DNA from: a virus
DNA length: 64,000 bases
Direction: 5' to 3' (one strand)
Virus record (IMG/VR): IMGVR_UViG_3300009506_000013
Coordinates: 17,033 to 81,032 of that record
Positions 57,484 through 64,000 of this stretch are shown piece after piece; within the stretch, counting starts at the first letter, position 1, and every line of letters begins with the position of its first letter. The notes under the pieces were generated by a model. It was not told the DNA's origin, searched no databases, and saw nothing but the letters and a program-made list of their open reading frames with translations. Position numbers and translations under genes: made by a program.

Positions 57484-57780
57484 TTAATTCCCCTTCGCTT
57501 TCAGTTCGCCGGCAGGAACTTCAACACTCACCCCGCCCGCTTTTGGTTTCAGAACACCCACCCAATCTGCCGGTGGGCCCTGGGCCAAACCTGCTTCCGC
57601 TTCGGCCTTCATAGTCTTGGCTTCCGCAAGCGCCACCTGTTTGGCGTCGATCTTTTTGGTGAGGCTGGCTATGCGCCCTGCCTGCCTGTTGATGCGAGCC
57701 TCACAGAACTCTTTCCAGTCCTTTTGCCGCAATGTTTCGCGCAGTTCTGCGGCGGACATCTTAGTCACATCGGTTGTCAT
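57484..57780 (-). CDS. hypothetical coiled-coil protein
   Basis: ATG 57780 with SD GGAGG. Confidence 0.55.
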   Translation of the reverse strand: MTTDVTKMSAAELRETLRQKDWKEFCEARINRQAGRIASLTKKIDAKQVALAEAKTMKAEAEAGLAQGPPADWVGVLKPKAGGVSVEVPAGELKAKGN

Positions 57781-58022
57781 CGTACTATATCCTCCATTTT
57801 TACACCCATCCATTCAATCTTGGGCCGAACCATGAAGGGCTTTTGACATAGTGGATTGGTGCACTTGATTGGATCTTTGATGTGGAAGCTCGCCTCTCCC
57901 CCCACCACGCGTTCTGCGGTGAATGTGCCGAAGCCAATGAGACAATAAGGGCATTTCGCCCGTATTGCCATTACTTCCTTTGTCCGGATTGATATGTTAC
58001 TCTTTGCTACATCAACTGCCAT
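57777..58022 (-). CDS. zinc-finger protein
   Basis: CPYC...CTNPLC; ATG 58022 with SD GGAGG. Confidence 0.55.
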   Translation of the reverse strand: MAVDVAKSNISIRTKEVMAIRAKCPYCLIGFGTFTAERVVGGEASFHIKDPIKCTNPLCQKPFMVRPKIEWMGVKMEDIVR

Positions 58023-58114
58023 AATAAAAAAATCCTCCCTGCTGATGCTTGTGTGCCTTCCTTGACGAGTGTACTGTTTTTTTGGCTGGAAGTAAATAAT
58101 TTTCTTGGCTGGAG

Positions 58115-59440
58115 TTATAGTCCCTGCATCTTGCGCGCACCGCCCGTGACACCCTTTACAAACAGCTCCGTCAATACCCACACCATAGCATCCAATCGGT
58201 CTGGGCTATCCTCTCCCGGTGTCCACTGGCACAGCTGGTCTTCTAATTCGGGATAATAACCAAAGTGATGAATCTTTCCCTGCTCTGCGAGACTGGCAAC
58301 TGGCTCTGCGCGAGTGTACTTGCCCCGGCTCGCCCATACCAGCTTTACAGGTATGGAGGCATCTATACTTTTGATAACATATTCAACCATATCCCCGCCG
58401 TTGTTCTTTTCGGCAACTACGAGATTGGCCTTGTGTTTGTGATAGGCCTTGACTACTTGCCGGCCCCATTGGAGTGGTGTCCCGCGTATCGTCAAGTCAT
58501 CCAGCAAATATCCATCCCCATCCGTTCCTTCTCCGGCCGCAACGATACCTGTCTCTGCGCTCTCTTCCGTATTGGAGGCTTCTGGATCAACTCCTATCAT
58601 GACCCGGCGCAAATCGCATGGTATCCGGTTCTTCACACGGAACTTTTCAATTTGCCATCGCTTCCACAAGCTCCCCGGCGCATCGTCCAGCAGTTCAGCG
58701 TTGATCTCCTGCCGGCCTAATCGGGTGCCCTCGTATCGGGCAAGGATCTCTTCGCGGAACCTTGGTGACAGGTTGATCAGGTTCTCATACGTGGTGCCCT
58801 TCGTTATGATGACCCCGGTCTTTTTGATAAGCTCTTTGATATGGGGGACGGGTTTGGGAGTGGTCGTGACACAGACTTGGGTTGCTTCTTTTCCCAGCCG
58901 GAGTCCAAACATCAGCTGATCCCAAGCATCAGGATTCCGCCATGCCGCCAATTCATCAGCCCAGGCCCCATCATGACTAGGCCCCCGCAACCGATCTGGC
59001 TTCTCCGAGCTGTATACAGTGGCTATCGCCCCATTGGGCCACGTGAGCCGCCGCTTGGAAGGCTTGTAATCAGGCCGGAACCACGGCGGTGAACATGCGA
59101 GAATACCTGATTCACCTTCAACCATGACATCCCGCGCATCCGCCGCCGTGGCCCCTACGAGCGCCAACCGCCTTTTACCCTTCCTCTCAACCTGCTCCCG
59201 AACCCACTCAGCTCCCGTCCGCGTCTTTCCAAATCCACGGCCCGCCATAATCAGCCAAGTGGACCAATCGCCTTCCGGCGTCATTTGCTTCGCCCGCGCC
59301 CACAAAGTCCAATCGTATTGTAGAGCTTGGAATTGGTCTGTGGACAGCCCGCGAAAAACATACTCCCGCTCGCTGGGAGTGAGTGAGGCTATTTGTTGTG
59401 CTATAGATTGATCAATTAACTGTGAGGCCATCTGCTCCAT
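58115..59440 (-). CDS. terL: terminase large subunit
   Basis: Walker A GRGFGKT, Walker B WADE, coupling motif TTTP, nuclease motifs IGVDP and PDRLDA; start at 59440 or 59431. Confidence 0.95.
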   Translation of the reverse strand: MEQMASQLIDQSIAQQIASLTPSEREYVFRGLSTDQFQALQYDWTLWARAKQMTPEGDWSTWLIMAGRGFGKTRTGAEWVREQVERKGKRRLALVGATAADARDVMVEGESGILACSPPWFRPDYKPSKRRLTWPNGAIATVYSSEKPDRLRGPSHDGAWADELAAWRNPDAWDQLMFGLRLGKEATQVCVTTTPKPVPHIKELIKKTGVIITKGTTYENLINLSPRFREEILARYEGTRLGRQEINAELLDDAPGSLWKRWQIEKFRVKNRIPCDLRRVMIGVDPEASNTEESAETGIVAAGEGTDGDGYLLDDLTIRGTPLQWGRQVVKAYHKHKANLVVAEKNNGGDMVEYVIKSIDASIPVKLVWASRGKYTRAEPVASLAEQGKIHHFGYYPELEDQLCQWTPGEDSPDRLDAMVWVLTELFVKGVTGGARKMQGL

Positions 59441-59696
59441 CTTCCGCCAGCGGACACGCCAGACAATCCTCCGGCTTACAATCCATTCCCGAACCTTCCC
59501 AGCGCCATAACGCATCCACAACAGTTACTGCCGGGACTTCTACACCTGACCAACGGCCTGTTGTGGCGTGAACTGCGATCCGGATGGCACAATAGTATAC
59601 CAGCTTTCTTGGCATCTTATTCGACAGCCACATCCAGAACATTTCCTTCCAAACCGCCCGCTTTATCCTCCAGCGAGTCCAAATGCTAAATTCCAT
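59412..59696 (-). CDS. hypothetical protein
   Basis: SD AAGGAGG. Confidence 0.5.
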   Translation of the reverse strand: MEFSIWTRWRIKRAVWKEMFWMWLSNKMPRKLVYYCAIRIAVHATTGRWSGVEVPAVTVVDALWRWEGSGMDCKPEDCLACPLAEDGADGLTVN

Positions 59697-59713
59697 TTTG
59701 TCCTCCTTCAGGA

Positions 59714-59914
59714 CTATTCGAACGTGCCACCATGTTTGGTCAGCCGTTCATTCAGCACCTCACACTCCCAGCCCTTCGATTCGCAATATTTTATGATTTG
59801 ACCCTTATCCCAACCAGCCATGTACTTGACAATCGGCGCACAACGGTTACTGCGGCCCCTGTTGCGTAGAATGACCCCTGCAGTGAAATGAGGTGCTGTT
59901 ATTCGAAGCAACAT
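59714..59914 (-). CDS. hypothetical protein
   Basis: APHFTAG...APIVKYM.GW small phage ORF. Confidence 0.55.
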   Translation of the reverse strand: MLLRITAPHFTAGVILRNRGRSNRCAPIVKYMAGWDKGQIIKYCESKGWECEVLNERLTKHGGTFE

Positions 59915-60300
59915 TAATGTCTTCCTCCGTTCCCGTTCTCTTGTAATACCGCCTTACCACTATTGATCTTATACCTCCGGCCACAACCGCAAGTAAAGTA
60001 TAAATCCGTATCCCAGTTCTGGAAGTAATACCGCGTAAAGTTGTGCTGCCGGCAACAACGACACCGCCAGCCCTTTGGATCTCCCGGCTTGCGATAGTAA
60101 CCATAGGCAAGGTGTATAGCGCGGACACAATCTGACGCACTCTCCCCATCCCATCGTACCATCACCAGCTCGCGGACAACATCTTGTACGGTGCCCCGGT
60201 CTTCGGCATTAGCTTCCCGAATGTTCTGGAGTGCGAGCGCGGACCACCGCACCCGGCTTCCCCGCTCAAAGGCTGTGATATTGTCTGTTAGATTGGCCAT
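59914..60300 (-). CDS. hypothetical Cys-rich protein
   Basis: CRCC...CGCG motifs. Confidence 0.5.
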   Translation of the reverse strand: MANLTDNITAFERGSRVRWSALALQNIREANAEDRGTVQDVVRELVMVRWDGESASDCVRAIHLAYGYYRKPGDPKGWRCRCCRQHNFTRYYFQNWDTDLYFTCGCGRRYKINSGKAVLQENGNGGRH

Positions 60301-60356
60301 CTCTTCTCCCCTGTACAAAAGGAGCCACCTGTACTAGCGTGGCCCCTTGTCTACTG

Positions 60357-60890
60357 CTATTGCTCTATTGGTGTGAAAATCTCCACCTCTGGAACTTCGG
60401 CAACAGGCTGTTCGCTGGCTTGAGCTAAATCAGCCCGGCCAGACGCAACCATAAGCGCATTCCATATTTCAGGATCAATATCAGTAGCATCCTTTTCAAT
60501 TTCAGGCTCTGTCAACTCCGCACCTTCAAATACCGTATGGGCGTGTTGTACGATAAAATACCCATACGTCCAAGGCGGATACGTACCCCAGCAATAATTC
60601 TGAAATTCATTTGCATCCATCATCTCACCAGTTATCCACTCTTCGCAGGCATACCCATAACCTGATCCCATATCGTGGCAACCGCCTTCGTACCCCCACT
60701 GGCCTGTAGGCCCGCCACCCATATAGGCACAATATTGTCCATAGGCAGTTGCATTACAGCAATATGTCTCCACCTGTCCCATAGAAGGATCGGCATAGGA
60801 ATTTGGCACATAGAAATAAACTGGATCATCTGCCAAAGCAATAGGTACGAACAACGCTAAACAACACAGTACAACAAACAGGGTTTTCAT
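60357..60890 (-). CDS. secreted Cys/Gly/Tyr-rich protein
   Basis: Signal peptide MKTLFVVLCCLALFVPIALA; SD AAGGAG. Confidence 0.6.
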   Translation of the reverse strand: MKTLFVVLCCLALFVPIALADDPVYFYVPNSYADPSMGQVETYCCNATAYGQYCAYMGGGPTGQWGYEGGCHDMGSGYGYACEEWITGEMMDANEFQNYCWGTYPPWTYGYFIVQHAHTVFEGAELTEPEIEKDATDIDPEIWNALMVASGRADLAQASEQPVAEVPEVEIFTPIEQ

Positions 60891-60930
60891 ACACTTCTCC
60901 TTGAGTTATTTGCCTATTATTAGGCCGCTA

Positions 60931-61227
60931 TTACATCAACGTCAATTCAACAAACAGCTCTTCCATCGGAACATTCAACACCACCGCCAAATCCCGCGCC
61001 TTCTCTTCACACATGAGGCTTTGCGGCCTTCCATCCACCAAGCCCGCGTTGGACCGGAGTGTACCGTGAGGAATACCAGCCAGCTCCGATAACACATACA
61101 TCGGTATCCTCTTGGCCGCCGCACGCCGCAGGAATACACTCCGCTTCATCCAGAAACGCTTCTCATGTAGCTTCGGGATTATGTATTGGACAGGCCGGTC
61201 GAAACGCAAGGGTGGCCTACTCATCAC
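60931..61227 (-). CDS. Cro/CI-like HTH protein
   Basis: LSELAGIPHGTL...LAVVLNVPMEELF. Confidence 0.6.
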   Translation of the reverse strand: MMSRPPLRFDRPVQYIIPKLHEKRFWMKRSVFLRRAAAKRIPMYVLSELAGIPHGTLRSNAGLVDGRPQSLMCEEKARDLAVVLNVPMEELFVELTLM

Positions 61228-61568
61228 TTCCCCCTCTTCACCAGGATAAACTCAAAGTCACAGCCCTCGTCATCGCAGTTTACCGCTTCCAGCTTATACA
61301 GGCCGAAGTCTTGGATGTGCCTTGGAAAGTGAACCATCTTTTCTGCGGCATCCTCTCTTATCGCATCATCCATCCAGCCGCACTGATCACAGCCCTTACA
61401 ACTCTGCCGCTTCAACGGCATCATCACCCACTTGCTGACTATCCGGCCCCCCGCTCCAACATACATCTCCTCCGTGCCCCGGTACCAACGGCCCTTACAA
61501 ACCGGCTTTCCCTCTTCTCTCTTCAACTGGGCCATCCGGTCCTTTATTCCCAATGGATCTCCGCTCAT
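61224..61568 (-). CDS. hypothetical protein
   Basis: SCKGCDQC motif; SD present. Confidence 0.5.
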   Translation of the reverse strand: MSGDPLGIKDRMAQLKREEGKPVCKGRWYRGTEEMYVGAGGRIVSKWVMMPLKRQSCKGCDQCGWMDDAIREDAAEKMVHFPRHIQDFGLYKLEAVNCDDEGCDFEFILVKRGK

Positions 61569-61839
61569 CTCCTCTTCTCCCTTCTCCTACACCAGCAATC
61601 CACAATCAGTCCGATCAATAGAATCAAAGCCATCAATATAAACATTGCGAGGTTATCATCGTTCATGCTTCCCCCTTCAGTCAATGGCCCCTGGCCATCC
61701 GACGAAGTAAAGACCAGGGGCCAACCCTTGACCATTGTTCTAATTGTAGCTTTTAACTACGGAATCACGGCGTCCACCCCCTTTCCCTTTATCAATGGAG
61801 GTAATGGAATGTAGTTCTTCAGCCTCTTCTATTATACCC

Positions 61840-62691
61840 TCATTGCACGGTTTCTGCTTCGATATCTATTGGCTCCGTTTCTACCAGCTCTGTCTTGTCT
61901 TCCTGCTTGGGTGGATCTGGAGGCTTTGCTATAGAGGCCAACCGCGACATCACCAGCGCCCGCGCATTCTCCTGCTCGCCGAATGGATCGGACTTCCCTG
62001 TTGGCGTATGGGATGCGAGACCCAGCAAATCAGCTATTCGTTCTACACACTTATCCATCACAGCCAAGAATCGCGGATCACCATCCCGGCCCTCCACCTT
62101 CATAACCACCGCTTCACTCTTCCGGTTTTGAAGCGGATTGAGACCAGGCGGAACACTGGGGGTGACCTTAGCCTTTGCTACAGGATTTTTGGCGTTGCTT
62201 TTGACAGCATTCTGAACGCGGGCTGTTGTCTCTAAACTCTCTTTGTCCTCTTTGGAGACTTGCCATGCGTCATTTGCTTCGCGGTATATGTAGGTGGAAT
62301 AGTTGATGAGCCGGTGGCGCCAACGTTCGATATTCTCCACAGTAGTCTCAGCCATAGCATCCAACAGGTCATTCGTAGTCTTCAGCACTTGTCCATCTGT
62401 CCGGCCTATCTCGTGAGCGATCTCGCGGGTGGTCCACCCCTGCTGAAGGAACTTGCTGACCTTTGCGGCATCTTCCTGTAGCTCTAGTGCGGTGCGGGCA
62501 CCCTTTCCAAAGTGCTGGGCATTGTCTATTTGGTCACCCTTCTTTCTGGCCTTCCGCGCCTTCTTGAGGTTCTGTCGTGCCGCCTTGGCTTGACGCTTCT
62601 TGGCGCCCTCTACTGTGTAGGCATCCCGGCTAACACTATGCCGCTTTTTTCGCGGCTTCTTTGGAGTAGGAGGATTTTTCGGGATTGTCAT
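61840..62691 (-). CDS. putative terminase small subunit (HTH)
   Basis: QGWTTREIAHEIGRTDGQV HTH, GDPRFL...IADLLGL; upstream of terL; start 62691 by ATGA overlap. Confidence 0.55.
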   Translation of the reverse strand: MTIPKNPPTPKKPRKKRHSVSRDAYTVEGAKKRQAKAARQNLKKARKARKKGDQIDNAQHFGKGARTALELQEDAAKVSKFLQQGWTTREIAHEIGRTDGQVLKTTNDLLDAMAETTVENIERWRHRLINYSTYIYREANDAWQVSKEDKESLETTARVQNAVKSNAKNPVAKAKVTPSVPPGLNPLQNRKSEAVVMKVEGRDGDPRFLAVMDKCVERIADLLGLASHTPTGKSDPFGEQENARALVMSRLASIAKPPDPPKQEDKTELVETEPIDIEAETVQ

Positions 62692-62885
62692 AGAGTATCC
62701 CACATTTCCTTTGCCCGTTTCGGCCCATGACCTGCGAATGCGAGGAGATACAGCAAGCCGGCAACAAGAAAGATCGGAACCAACAGCACTATCCTCCAAG
62801 CTATCAGCCACCATCGCCACGTCCATACTTCATACCATTCTGGATTCCTTATCATGTCATTCTCCTTTGTAACGGTCCAATCCAA
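62688..62885 (-). CDS. small membrane protein
   Basis: One long hydrophobic segment. Confidence 0.45.
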   Translation of the reverse strand: MDWTVTKENDMIRNPEWYEVWTWRWWLIAWRIVLLVPIFLVAGLLYLLAFAGHGPKRAKEMWDTL

Positions 62886-63061
62886 TATTCAACTTCTCCC
62901 CGGTATCGGGCATCAGAACTTATATACCACCAGTCCGCTCCGTCAAAGAACATAAAGCGATCCTCCCAGATTGCTGGTGGGACTATCGGTATTCGGCAAG
63001 CATAGACTCCGGCGTGTTCCGGAAGGCCTGTCTGGTAGTGTACTAGCTCATCGGCCATCAC
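62852..63061 (-). CDS. hypothetical protein
   Basis: Overlapping start/stop with neighbours; YWIGPL. Confidence 0.5.
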   Translation of the reverse strand: MMADELVHYQTGLPEHAGVYACRIPIVPPAIWEDRFMFFDGADWWYISSDARYRGEVEYWIGPLQRRMT

Positions 63062-63363
63062 CCCTCCTCCACACAGATCTCGCCGCCCGCAGGAAGCACC
63101 TCGAATACCACTACCGGCTCATCAGGATACTCGTGGCCCTTGATGTAGTAGTATGCCGCCTCTTCCTCCTCTGTAGAAGTAATCAGGCACATCCGCACTT
63201 CAGCCTTTTCCAAATCAACATTATCCCAAACCGCCTCAACAAGGCTTTCATACTCCTTGACTGTAGCTGTTCCCGTTTTTGTCGCGATGTCCTTTGCGTG
63301 GCCAGCCAACCCGGCTATCCCCAAACCTGCTCCAAGAGTCTTCAAAAAATTCCGCCGTTTCAT
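63058..63363 (-). CDS. protein with twin-arginine (Tat)-type signal peptide
   Basis: MKRRNFLKTLGAGLGIAGLAGHA; SD AAGGAGG. Confidence 0.6.
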   Translation of the reverse strand: MKRRNFLKTLGAGLGIAGLAGHAKDIATKTGTATVKEYESLVEAVWDNVDLEKAEVRMCLITSTEEEEAAYYYIKGHEYPDEPVVVFEVLPAGGEICVEEG

Positions 63364-63596
63364 CTTGCCTCCTTTTGAAGCCGATGGAGTTTGTTTGCGA
63401 ACCGATTGACCTGGCGTGCGGCCTGAATGATCTTATGCTTGTAGCCTTTCCGCTGTCTCTCGTCATCGCACAGGTAACAGGTCCGCACCTTCGGCAACAA
63501 CGGATAACGGGTCACCGGGAGAACATGTCCGCACTCCAACATGTGGACTGGGCGTTCCCGGCCTTCCAGTTTGATGACCTTCCTTCGAGGTTTCAT
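63360..63596 (-). CDS. hypothetical zinc-binding protein
   Basis: LECGH...CYLC; ATG 63596 with SD AAAGGAG. Confidence 0.5.
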   Translation of the reverse strand: MKPRRKVIKLEGRERPVHMLECGHVLPVTRYPLLPKVRTCYLCDDERQRKGYKHKIIQAARQVNRFANKLHRLQKEAR

Positions 63597-64000
63597 GATG
63601 TCTCCTTTGAATGTTGATGGTACGCGGGCGAGTGTCGAGTACACCAGTGCACCCTATAAAAAACCAACCCACCGCAATCAAATTCCAACTCCCCAACCCA
63701 TTCCATTTATTCCCTATTCCCTGCTCTTATTCTAACCAATCAACTTATCCGTCATTCCACCCCACACTTTTCACTTATTCTACTCTTTTCTGCTCTTAAG
63801 AGGAACTGTTTTGCTTAATGCGGCCTTCTGCACTTCTCCCGGCAAGCTCCTCCATATCCTTTACAACCTTTTCCGACAATCCCAGCTGGGCCCATCTATA
63901 CGAGGGAATCATCGTCATCACTGCGCCTCTTAGCTGACTCAATTCTCCCCGCATTTTTTCTATACGGTCTGCGGCATCCTCGACCAGCGCCTTGTCACAG

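Noticed and set aside
175-63799. Plus-strand ORFs in the track (e.g. 5000..5869, 9791..10441, 61059..61814)
   Set aside because: They lie antisense to well-supported minus-strand genes and lack recognisable motifs; treated as shadow ORFs.

Overview
The window is a ~64-kb stretch of a tailed dsDNA phage genome (siphovirus-like). Essentially all credible genes are on the minus strand. In transcription order (right to left) it contains: small genes, terminase small/large subunits, a ~9.6-kb block of modular fibre/decoration-type genes, portal, a MuF minor head protein with a C-terminal HEXXH domain, a glycosyltransferase/radical-SAM/methyltransferase/APS-kinase/sulfotransferase cluster, scaffold, major capsid, head-tail and tail genes (with a -1 frameshift chaperone), tape measure, tail tip, lysis genes, DnaB/DnaG replication genes, an early operon, SNF2 helicase, a sigma-like protein, a flavin oxidoreductase and a divergent ThyX (cut by the window edge). 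The outstanding feature is the early operon (5.67-13.28 kb). There, 16 copies of a ~75-nt element (15 intact, 1 degenerate) sit mostly between a stop codon and the next Shine-Dalgarno sequence. Sequence motifs and compensatory base changes in P1, P3, P4 and the T1 pseudoknot identify it as a circularly permuted twister self-cleaving ribozyme. The array is predicted to cut one polycistronic transcript into mostly single-gene RNAs, each carrying both halves of a ribozyme at its ends, so each could potentially circularise. Product calls come from motif recognition only; no database searches were run.
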